Part shown: in pieces, positions 28,315-35,497 of the stretch
How positions within the stretch are numbered: the stretch's first letter is position 1
Layout of the letters: every line of letters starts with the position of its first letter
Origin: Anaerolineae bacterium
GTDB taxonomy: Bacteria; Desulfobacterota; Desulfobacteria; Desulfobacterales; ETH-SRB1
Direction of reading: 5' to 3'
Length of the DNA stretch: 64,000 nt
Assembly: GCA_035529315.1 (NCBI GenBank)
Contig: DATKWZ010000013.1
Location: 17,807-81,806 of the forward strand
Notes under the pieces: generated by a model
What the model saw: only the letters and a program-made list of their open reading frames with translations
Told to the model about the DNA's origin: nothing
Databases searched by the model: none
Program-made: the position numbers and the translations under genes

Positions 28315-28833
28315 TTACTTCAAGGTATTAAGTCTCTCGGCAGGGGAAACGATGTCCGTCAATCTAACCCCGAACTTCTCATTAACCACAACCACTTCAC
28401 CCATGGCAACCAATCGATTGTTGATAAAAACATCCATCGGCTCTCCTGCAAATTTCGTCAACTCTATAACCGAACTCTGGCCTAACTGAAGAAGCTCACT
28501 TATCAACATCCTTCCTCTGCCCAGCTCAACAGTCACTGTGAGGGGTATATCCAGAATAAAATCCAGATCCAGCTCTGATTTTTTTGTTTTACCCTGTTTT
28601 ATTTCCTCGAACCTGACGTTACTAACCTCTTTTTTCTCAACCGGTTTTTTCTTAACCGGCTTTTCTTCAACCGGCTTTTCTTCAACTGGCTTTTCTTCAA
28701 CTGGCTTTTCTTCAACCGGCTTTTCTTCAACCGGCTTGACAGATGCCTTCATCTCCTCCTGAACATCGTCCCCGCCGATTTCTTTATCGTTTTTTGTTTC
28801 TTTTACTTCTTCCGCCGACTCATTCTGTTCCAT
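28315..28833 (-). CDS. fliN: Flagellar motor switch protein FliN, with an N-terminal KPVEE tandem-repeat linker
   Basis: C-terminal SpoA domain ILDIPLTVTVELGRGRMLISELLQLGQSSVIELTKFAGEPMDVFINNRLVAMGEVVVVNEKFGVRLTDI. ATG 28833 lies 1 nt after the fliM stop (TGATATG). Confidence 0.9.
   Translation of the reverse strand: MEQNESAEEVKETKNDKEIGGDDVQEEMKASVKPVEEKPVEEKPVEEKPVEEKPVEEKPVKKKPVEKKEVSNVRFEEIKQGKTKKSELDLDFILDIPLTVTVELGRGRMLISELLQLGQSSVIELTKFAGEPMDVFINNRLVAMGEVVVVNEKFGVRLTDIVSPAERLNTLK
28636..28740. repeat. In-frame 15-bp tandem repeat (~7 units) in fliN, encoding (KPVEE)n
   Basis: Plus-strand unit ttcaaccggcttttc repeated with single-base variants. Protein: KPVEEKPVEEKPVEEKPVEEKPVEEKPVKKKPVEKK. 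Confidence 0.95.
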
Positions 28834-28834
28834 A

Positions 28835-29824
28835 TCAATACACCTCTTCCCCAATCATAAGTTTTGTCACCTCTATCGCACGGTTACCTTTATAAAGCCC
28901 TGGCTGTCCCTTAAACTTAAGGATATTTTCCACATAAACATCCAGACTATCGCTGCAATATTGATCCAGAGATATAACATCCCCCTTTTTCAGGCTTACA
29001 ACTTCTCTTCCGCTCAGCTCCGTTCTGCCCAGCTCAACAGTGAGGTTTACATTTACGCGTCTAAGACCCTTCTCAAAGCTGTTCGTCCATTCTTTATCAG
29101 CCACAAATGTTTCTTCCTGATAACCTGCCTGTAATTTTTTACTGATCGGCTCTATCATTAAATAAGGTATGCAAAAATTAATTTTGCCCGAAGAAAAACC
29201 CAGGTCAACTTCAAATTGCATAACAAGCACAACGTCAGTAGCCGCTACAAGCTGTACAAACTGTGGATTTGTTTCCGCTCTCTGATAGACGACATCAAGT
29301 TGTATAATTGTTTTCCACACCTCTTTAAAATCAGACAGTGCGTTTAATACAATCTTCTTTATCAGATTGTTTTCTATGATTGTAAACTCCCTTCCCTCAA
29401 TTTTAACCGTTTCCCGTCCGGATCCACCGAAGATAATATCAACCAGAGCAAATATAACTCGCGATTCAATAATAAAAAGTGAAACCCCTTTTAATGGATT
29501 CATTTTAAAGAGATTAAGACTCGCAGGCACTGGAATTGTTTTCATAAATTCTTCATACTTGGCCATATGCACCGATAAAGTGTTAACAGTGACAATCTTT
29601 TTCAACACCGACGACAGGGTTGTTCTGAACATTCTGGCAAATCTTTCAGCTGTCGTCTCCAGGGCCGGCATCCTTCCTTTTACAATTCTTTCCTGGCCGG
29701 TTAAATCATATGGATGGACTTTTGACGGATCATGGTCTTCTTCTTGCTGCTTTGTCTCAACCTCACCTTCTGATACCCCCTTTAAAAGGGCATCCACCTC
29801 TTCCTGTGACAGTATCTGGGACAT
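28835..29824 (-). CDS. fliM: Flagellar motor switch protein FliM
   Basis: 329 aa. N-terminal CheY-P binding motif LSQEEVDALL. Middle and C-terminal FliM domains. Confidence 0.95.
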   Translation of the reverse strand: MSQILSQEEVDALLKGVSEGEVETKQQEEDHDPSKVHPYDLTGQERIVKGRMPALETTAERFARMFRTTLSSVLKKIVTVNTLSVHMAKYEEFMKTIPVPASLNLFKMNPLKGVSLFIIESRVIFALVDIIFGGSGRETVKIEGREFTIIENNLIKKIVLNALSDFKEVWKTIIQLDVVYQRAETNPQFVQLVAATDVVLVMQFEVDLGFSSGKINFCIPYLMIEPISKKLQAGYQEETFVADKEWTNSFEKGLRRVNVNLTVELGRTELSGREVVSLKKGDVISLDQYCSDSLDVYVENILKFKGQPGLYKGNRAIEVTKLMIGEEVY

Positions 29825-29863
29825 CTAAGTTGTCTCCTTACTCCTTAATCCTTCTTAATCCAT

Positions 29864-30358
29864 CTATTGTATAAGAAATTCGGTAAAATAGACCCTTCTG
29901 ACCTGACCTTTAGTAAGATGACTATTCAGACGCATGGCGATCTCGTCTTTAAGACGCTGTTTCCCCTCAAAGCCTGCGATCTCCTTATAGCTTTTTGATG
30001 AAAGGAGACCAAGAATGCTGTCTGTAATTTTTGGTTTTAACAGGTCCAGCTCCAACACAGCATCCTGATTAGACACCTCGATCTGGATCACAGCCTTTAA
30101 GTACCTTTCACCGTTATCATCCATTAAATTTATGACCAGACTGCCCATTGACCAAACACCCGGTTCCTGAACGGTCTGTCCGACACTTGCTTTTTCTGAA
30201 CCGGAAAGATGGGTCTTATAGTATGTCCACCCGGCAAAACCTGCTGCCGCTAAAATCACTACCCCCAAAAACACTACAATCCATTTAATAATCGATTTCT
30301 TGCCTTTTTTTGGTTCTTTTTCTTCGAGCTCCGCTTCTTCCTTTTCTTCTTCAACCAT
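29864..30358 (-). CDS. fliL: Flagellar basal-body-associated protein FliL
   Basis: ~164 aa from ATG 30358 (GAGGAGGG upstream). TM WIVVFLGVVILAAAGFAGW. LVINLMDDNGERYLKAVIQIEV ... VYFTEFLIQ. Confidence 0.9.
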   Translation of the reverse strand: MVEEEKEEAELEEKEPKKGKKSIIKWIVVFLGVVILAAAGFAGWTYYKTHLSGSEKASVGQTVQEPGVWSMGSLVINLMDDNGERYLKAVIQIEVSNQDAVLELDLLKPKITDSILGLLSSKSYKEIAGFEGKQRLKDEIAMRLNSHLTKGQVRRVYFTEFLIQ

Positions 30359-30392
30359 TAGCACACCCTCCTCAACCTTTTTTGCAGTAGTT

Positions 30393-30421
30393 CAGCCACA
30401 AAGACGCTAAAATTGTGGCTG
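30393..30421 (-). other. Intercistronic stem-loop between motB and fliL
   Basis: cagccacaa-agacgctaaaa-ttgtggctg, a perfect 9-bp stem with no U-tract. The same ccacaaag word recurs at 18236-18250 and 36236-36246. Confidence 0.5.
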
Positions 30422-30426
30422 ACCTG

Positions 30427-31161
30427 TTACTCTTCCTTTAATGCTAAAATAACCTCCACCCTCCTGTTGATATCCCTGTTGTGATCGCTCACATTCGGTA
30501 AAAGAGGTTTTGAATCACCATAGCCTGCTGCAGAGAGTCTTTCCGGGAGAATGCCGCCCTGGGAAATGAAATATTTGATAACATTCACGGCCCGGGCGGT
30601 TGACAGTTCCCAGTTCGACGGAAACCCAGGAGTGTTTATCGGAATATCATCCGTATGTCCCTCTACCCTTATCAGGCTGTCGGTTTTTTGAAAAATAGAA
30701 CAAAGTGATTTAAGGGCAGGCCGATTTTTTTCTTCAATTTCGGCCGTACCTGCCTCAAATAACAGCTTTTCAACCAGGGTAACGCGAACCCCCTCTTTTA
30801 TCACCTTTGCCATAGCCATGCCTTCAGGAACAGCAGAAGCTCCCTCTCCGGTCGTTCCTGCGGTCATTCCGGCTGCTTTGTTTACACGCTCGGCCAATTC
30901 TCTCTTTTTTTTCTCAAACATCATGGCCTTATTTCTTATAGGAATAACAAATGGGGTAAAAACCTTCACATCCTCTTTTTTTAGTTTCGGCGTATCAAAT
31001 ACAGCATTCATGGAACCAGATAAGGCTGCCAGTTTAGATTTATCCATTTCTGAAAGCGAAAGCACTAAAACCAGAAATGTAAGCAGCAGTGTCACCATAT
31101 CATTAAAGGTTAAAAGCCACGCCCCTCCTTTATCTTCCGGTTTTTTAGATCTGCTTTTCAA
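30427..31161 (-). CDS. motB: Stator protein MotB (OmpA-like C-domain) retaining the channel Asp
   Basis: KSRSKKPEDKGGAWLLTFNDMVTLLLTFLVLVLSL, with the conserved Asp in FND. OmpA-like VEGHTDDIPINTPGFPSNWELSTARAVNVIKYF. The start is uncertain: TTG 31161 (GGAGGG 12 nt upstream) or ATG 31209. Confidence 0.8.
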   Translation of the reverse strand: MKSRSKKPEDKGGAWLLTFNDMVTLLLTFLVLVLSLSEMDKSKLAALSGSMNAVFDTPKLKKEDVKVFTPFVIPIRNKAMMFEKKKRELAERVNKAAGMTAGTTGEGASAVPEGMAMAKVIKEGVRVTLVEKLLFEAGTAEIEEKNRPALKSLCSIFQKTDSLIRVEGHTDDIPINTPGFPSNWELSTARAVNVIKYFISQGGILPERLSAAGYGDSKPLLPNVSDHNRDINRRVEVILALKEE

Positions 31162-31843
31162 AATAAAATTCAACCCTCCGGTTTTTCTGTCTGCCTTCAG
31201 ATGTATCATTTGATTCAACAGGATGATATTGACTGAACCCGACTGCGGACAGTCTATCCTCTGAAAATTCTCCTTTCTCAAGAAGATACCGCAGGATATT
31301 AACAGCACGGGTTGTTGACAGTTCCCAGTTCGACGGGAACTCGGGGGTGTTTATCGGAACGCTATCAGTATGGCCTTCCACCCTTACGGTAAAAGGGTTG
31401 TTTCTCACTATCTTTATTATCTCATCAAAATAGGAATAAGCCTCTTTATTTATTTCAGCAGCTCCTGATGAAAACAATACATTGCTTCCAAAAATAATCC
31501 TGAACCCTTTCCTGGTTTTTTCTATGCTGATCGATTTATCCAGGCCTGTCTGTCGAAAATATACTTCCAGGGATTTCATGGCCGGCATGGCAAATTCATT
31601 TTGATCTCCCAAAATATCCGGCGAGAGATTCAGGGTGTCACTGCCTTTATAGGACTCAGCGTTTTCCGGGGACGACACATCTTGTTTTAGAAAGTTTTTT
31701 ATTTTATCATGCCTGACACTTGAATACGACACAAGCATGGCAAAAAGAGCCACTATAATCAGCACAAGAGAACAGTATATCATCTCCCAGCCCGCAGCCT
31801 GAGTCTCTTTTTTCTTATTGCTCTTTCCTGGTTCCTCTTCCAT
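31145..31843 (-). CDS. MotB-like paralogue lacking the conserved channel Asp
   Basis: 232 aa. KKKETQAAGWEMIYCSLVLIIVALFAMLV aligns with the MotB plug/TM segment but has Ser where the Asp is expected (W-x-x-x-Y-x-D). OmpA-like VEGHTDSVPINTPEFPSNWELSTTRAVNILRYL is intact. Confidence 0.75.
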   Translation of the reverse strand: MEEEPGKSNKKKETQAAGWEMIYCSLVLIIVALFAMLVSYSSVRHDKIKNFLKQDVSSPENAESYKGSDTLNLSPDILGDQNEFAMPAMKSLEVYFRQTGLDKSISIEKTRKGFRIIFGSNVLFSSGAAEINKEAYSYFDEIIKIVRNNPFTVRVEGHTDSVPINTPEFPSNWELSTTRAVNILRYLLEKGEFSEDRLSAVGFSQYHPVESNDTSEGRQKNRRVEFYFEKQI

Positions 31844-31863
31844 ATCTAAAATATTAATAATTT

Positions 31864-31941
31864 CGCCACTAAGACACTAAGTTTATAATATAATTTGTCA
31901 ATCATATCCACCCTTTGTGCCTTTGTCCCTTTGTGTCTTAC
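31864..31941. repeat. Dispersed repeat family R2, copy 1 (motA / motB-like intergenic)
   Basis: cgccactaagacactaagtttataatataatttgtcaatcatatccaccctttgtgcctttgtccctttgtgtc. Confidence 0.7.
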
Positions 31942-31956
31942 TGGCCAAACTGCCAC

Positions 31957-32718
31957 CTAAAACACAGATTTTCTCTGCCCAGGCGCTATGAACGAATGGA
32001 GCTTATCTTCCAGAACCCTTGGATTGTCTCCCGCCTGGATAGAGAGGATGCCGCTTATCATCAGCTGCTTTTGCATAAGTTCACTGTTGCTTCGCCTCTT
32101 CAGTTTGCCGGCGGCAGGCAGGAAAACCAGATTTGCCAGGATTACGCCATAAAAGGTGGTTACAAGGGCAACAGCCATGGCCGGTCCTATGGAGGAGGGA
32201 TCATCCATCTGCACCAGCATCTTTATCAATCCTATCAGGGTTCCCACCATTCCCATGGCAGGCGCAAAATTCCCCATGGTTGTAAACATCTCCGCTCCCA
32301 GGCTGTGCCTCTCGGAAATGTATTCAAGTTCCGTATTAAGAATTCTGGAAAGGGTAACCGGTTCAACGCCATCTATCATCAACGTTACCCCTTTGGCAAA
32401 GAAGGGATCTTTAATATCTGCCATTTTGTCCTCAAGGCCCAGTATCCCGTCGCGTCTGGCAATCTTTGACATATCCAGCAGCATTTCTATCATTTTCTCT
32501 GTTTTCAGTTTCTGCCGGAAAAATACACGCTTTGCCACCTTTGCCACCCCAAGTATATCTGCGATGGGATAGTTGATAAGTACGGCGCCGAAAGTCCCGC
32601 CTGCAACAATCATTATGGAAGGAAGATTTACAAACCAAGACGCTCCGCCACCCATCATTACGGCGCCGCCCACAAGGCCAAACCCTACTATAATTCCTAA
32701 AATAGTTGATATATCCAT
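31957..32718 (-). CDS. motA: Stator protein MotA/PomA
   Basis: 253 aa. MDISTILGIIVGFGLVGG... Conserved FAPAMGMVGTLIGLIKML and ALVTTFYGVILANLVFLPAAGKL. Confidence 0.95.
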   Translation of the reverse strand: MDISTILGIIVGFGLVGGAVMMGGGASWFVNLPSIMIVAGGTFGAVLINYPIADILGVAKVAKRVFFRQKLKTEKMIEMLLDMSKIARRDGILGLEDKMADIKDPFFAKGVTLMIDGVEPVTLSRILNTELEYISERHSLGAEMFTTMGNFAPAMGMVGTLIGLIKMLVQMDDPSSIGPAMAVALVTTFYGVILANLVFLPAAGKLKRRSNSELMQKQLMISGILSIQAGDNPRVLEDKLHSFIAPGQRKSVF

Positions 32719-32734
32719 ATGGGACTTTGGAAAA

Positions 32735-32749
32735 GCAAAGAGTGTGCCA
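32735..32749 (-). promoter_or_regulatory. Sigma-54 promoter immediately upstream of motA
   Basis: The minus strand reads TGGCAC-actct-TTGCT. Only 16 nt separate TTGC from the motA ATG, and no SD lies in between. Confidence 0.65.
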
Positions 32750-32752
32750 AGA

Positions 32753-32825
32753 GGATCAGGGATCAGGGATCAGGGATCAGGGATTAGGGATCGGGGGTCG
32801 GGGGTCGGGGGTCGGGGGTCGGGGG
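32753..32825. repeat. Tandem 7-8-nt word array (gatcagg x3-4, then gggggtcg x5)
   Basis: ggatcagggatcagggatcagggattagggatcgggggtcgggggtcgggggtcgggggtcgggg. The inverted partner cccctgatccctgatccctgaac lies at 33072-33094. Confidence 0.9.
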
Positions 32826-32939
32826 TCGGGGTTAACAGTTTACGGTTATCGGTTTACAGTTAACAGTTGATTAAAGGAAATAGTGTAAACCGTAAACCGT
32901 GTGGTCAAAGGTCGAGACCTTTGCATAACTGCTGTTTTA

Positions 32940-33021
32940 GTCATTGCAAGGAGCGACACGACGAAGTAATCTCGTGGATTATCAATATGTTATAAGATTG
33001 CTTCGCTTCGCTCGCAATGAC
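32940..33021. repeat. Long imperfect hairpin element (gtcattgc...gcaatgac type)
   Basis: gtcattgcaaggagcgacacgacgaagtaatc - 24-nt loop - gattgcttcgcttcgctcgcaatgac. About a 30-bp imperfect stem, nested inside other inverted repeats. Confidence 0.8.
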
Positions 33022-33150
33022 AATATTGGTGTTTTGCAAAGGTCTCAGGTCGAGGGTGAAAGACGTAATAGCCCCTGATCCCTGATCCCTGAACAGAAAG
33101 GGTTTTTGACGGGTCGTCAGAAATTTGACATATAACCGCCCAGGTTGTCA

Positions 33151-33183
33151 GGTTCACGGTTCTCTAACCTTGAACCGTGAACC
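33151..33183 (-). terminator. Stem-loop 20 nt after the flgE stop (stabiliser or partial terminator; no U-tract)
   Basis: GGTTCACGGTTC-aaggttagag-AACCGTGAACC, an 11-12-bp perfect stem. The following sequence is not U-rich, so intrinsic termination is uncertain. Confidence 0.3.
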
Positions 33184-33202
33184 CTTCGAATCTAATTAAT
33201 TT

Positions 33203-35032
33203 TTATCTCTTGATGTTCATCAGCTCGGCCATCATCTGGTCGGTTACGGTAACGATCTTTGCGCTGGCCTGATATGCCCTTTGCGCTGTAATCATATTGA
33301 TGAATTCCGTCGCGATATCGGTATTTGACATCTCAAGCGAGTTCGGGCTGATATCTCCCATACCCGCTGATCCGGCCTTATTGACTACGGCAGTTCCCGA
33401 ATCCACGGTTGTGCCGAAAAGATTCTTCCCCATCCGTTTCAGACCTGATGTATTGGGAAAGTCTGCCAAAACGACCTGGGCGATATCGGATGTCTGACCA
33501 TTGGTAAAAAAACCGCTGATTGTGCCATCCGCTATCACGGAAATGCTCTTCAATGAACCGGAGGAATATCCGTCATGAACCAGTGCCCTTACCACGGATG
33601 TGCTCGCATATCCGGTTAAGGCCTCCGCTGTCGTACCGACCAGATCCCATGCTACCACACCTGCGGTTCCAATGGTCGCGCCTGGAATGATGGGCATCGT
33701 CAGACTGATGTCGACAGGGGCTACCTCTGTCTGGACGATTGCATACTCAATCGTGTTACCCGCGGCCCACGTACCTGTCAGGGCAAGTGTGACGTCGGCG
33801 ACTCCGGCGCCATCAAAATCAAGCGTAATCGAGGTATCCGAAGACGCGAGTACCGCTACATTCGTATAGCCGTCCTTGTCGCTTACCGCCCAGGTGCCGG
33901 CGGTTGCTCCCCTCGTCAATACAAGAGTGCCGTCCTGATACAACTGGCCCTCATTATTTATCGTATCTGTCACAGCGCCGTTCATGGTGGCGTGAGTGGT
34001 TACCGCAGCCGCAGCAGAAGTGGTTGCGAGAGTGAGTGTTACTGTAATTACGTCGCCTTCATACCAGGTACCACTGGGAAGGGCCACGGTAAGATCAGTA
34101 GAACCAACAGTGTCATCAAGATCAACTGTTATTTGAGCATCACTGGAAGCAACGACCGCAACGTTAGCGTAACCCAAGACATTTGCCGCTGTCCATGTGC
34201 CGGCAACCGCACCTCTTGTCAGTGTAATTGACCCGTCAGCGGTTATTGCGGCTGGAATATTTTCCGTTACATCCGCAGTCACAACACCGCTACTCGTATT
34301 ATCGGTAATAGTATCAGTGCCGGTCGAGCTGTACACATACTCAAGAACACCATCTGTATCAAATTTAACGCCCGAATAGTTCTGCCCTGTAGCGACAACG
34401 TTGTCGAGATAGGCATTGAAACCCCAGCATCCATCTTCTTCTGTTTTTTGAAAAGTCACTTTGAGTGCGTGGATACCGCCGAGAGAATCGTAAGCCGTCT
34501 GGGATGCGTTAAAGGTTTCCCCGTCAACCGCCTCAGCATTGAGATTTGCGCCGACACCGATTGAAGTTGTGGCGGCCGGGGTGGACTGTACGTTGGCAAG
34601 AGAAATGTCCAATGGCGTATAAGGATCGGCTCCGGTAAGGTTATAACCCTGCACCTTATAACCATTGACGTCAACAAGATAACCCTGATTATCGAGATGA
34701 AATGCGCCGGCCCTGGTGTAGTACTCTCCCCCTTCGGCATCCTGGACTATGAAAAAACCGTCGCCGTCAACAGCAAGATCAGTGGCATTTGACGTTGTCT
34801 CGAATGATCCCGAAGAAAATTGTGTAGTTATACCAGTTACGTCCACGCCACGTCCAACCTGCATACCGCCTCCAGATCCACCTGATACGCTTTGACTTAA
34901 AATATCGCCGAAATGTATTTTCCCGGCCTTGAACCCGGTTGTGTTGACATTGGCTATGTTGTTACCGATAACGTCCAACTGCTTGCTGCTTGATGCCAGG
35001 CCTGAAATACCGGCAAATAATGAACTTCCCAT
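33203..35032 (-). CDS. flgE: Flagellar hook protein FlgE (609 aa, enlarged variable domain)
   Basis: N-terminal IGNNIANVNTTGFK. C-terminal EFINMITAQRAYQASAKIVTVTDQMMAELMNI. The central region contains two ~66-aa repeats. Confidence 0.95.
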   Translation of the reverse strand: MGSSLFAGISGLASSSKQLDVIGNNIANVNTTGFKAGKIHFGDILSQSVSGGSGGGMQVGRGVDVTGITTQFSSGSFETTSNATDLAVDGDGFFIVQDAEGGEYYTRAGAFHLDNQGYLVDVNGYKVQGYNLTGADPYTPLDISLANVQSTPAATTSIGVGANLNAEAVDGETFNASQTAYDSLGGIHALKVTFQKTEEDGCWGFNAYLDNVVATGQNYSGVKFDTDGVLEYVYSSTGTDTITDNTSSGVVTADVTENIPAAITADGSITLTRGAVAGTWTAANVLGYANVAVVASSDAQITVDLDDTVGSTDLTVALPSGTWYEGDVITVTLTLATTSAAAAVTTHATMNGAVTDTINNEGQLYQDGTLVLTRGATAGTWAVSDKDGYTNVAVLASSDTSITLDFDGAGVADVTLALTGTWAAGNTIEYAIVQTEVAPVDISLTMPIIPGATIGTAGVVAWDLVGTTAEALTGYASTSVVRALVHDGYSSGSLKSISVIADGTISGFFTNGQTSDIAQVVLADFPNTSGLKRMGKNLFGTTVDSGTAVVNKAGSAGMGDISPNSLEMSNTDIATEFINMITAQRAYQASAKIVTVTDQMMAELMNIKR

Positions 35033-35037
35033 TTTTC

Positions 35038-35427
35038 TTACCTCCCTTTTTGTTGTAACCGTTCACGGTTGTCGGTTAACGGTTTTTTCAATGAACCATG
35101 CAAGGATTGAAGAGTTTTGGATATTGATTTCAAGTCTTGAATTAATTCCTTTGCATCTAAATCAGAAAATATATTAAGCTCTCGTGAAATATAAATCTGC
35201 GCTCTCAGATCCACAGCCGATTTTTGTGCAATATTTATAAACCGCTGGAAATCCGGAATACTCTTTCTTTCGCTTCCTTCCGCGATACTTGATGGAATAG
35301 ATATAGATGAGCGCAACATTTGATCTTTCATTGCATAATCACGGCAATCTCTTAATAATTTATAAAGACGTACCGATAACCTGCAAGATTTTGCCCGAAC
35401 TTCTAAATCTTCAAAAGAGGTCCCCAT
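35038..35427 (-). CDS. Four-helix-bundle protein (23S rRNA intervening-sequence protein / Avd-like family)
   Basis: 129 aa. LYKLLRDCRDYAMKDQMLRSSISIPSSIAEGSERKSIPDFQRFINIAQKSAVDLRAQIYISREL is the characteristic pattern of this family (SIPSNIAEG-type motif). The tail (KKPLTDNRERLQQKGR) is encoded by acggtt-type repeat words and overlaps the flgE SD. Confidence 0.8.
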   Translation of the reverse strand: MGTSFEDLEVRAKSCRLSVRLYKLLRDCRDYAMKDQMLRSSISIPSSIAEGSERKSIPDFQRFINIAQKSAVDLRAQIYISRELNIFSDLDAKELIQDLKSISKTLQSLHGSLKKPLTDNRERLQQKGR

Positions 35428-35497
35428 AATTCTCCTCTACCTTCTGTTTTTTTCAACCCTGAACCGATAAATACAAACCGTGAATGGTTACCTTTTG

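Noticed and set aside
32846-32875. Sigma-28-like motif (TAAT-N16-ACCGATAA on the minus strand) upstream of motA
   Set aside because: The -10-like octamer is part of the recurrent cggttatcggtt repeat word and the -35 is imperfect. It is most likely a chance match. Similar ACCGATAA words at 35466 and 60393 have no -35 partner.
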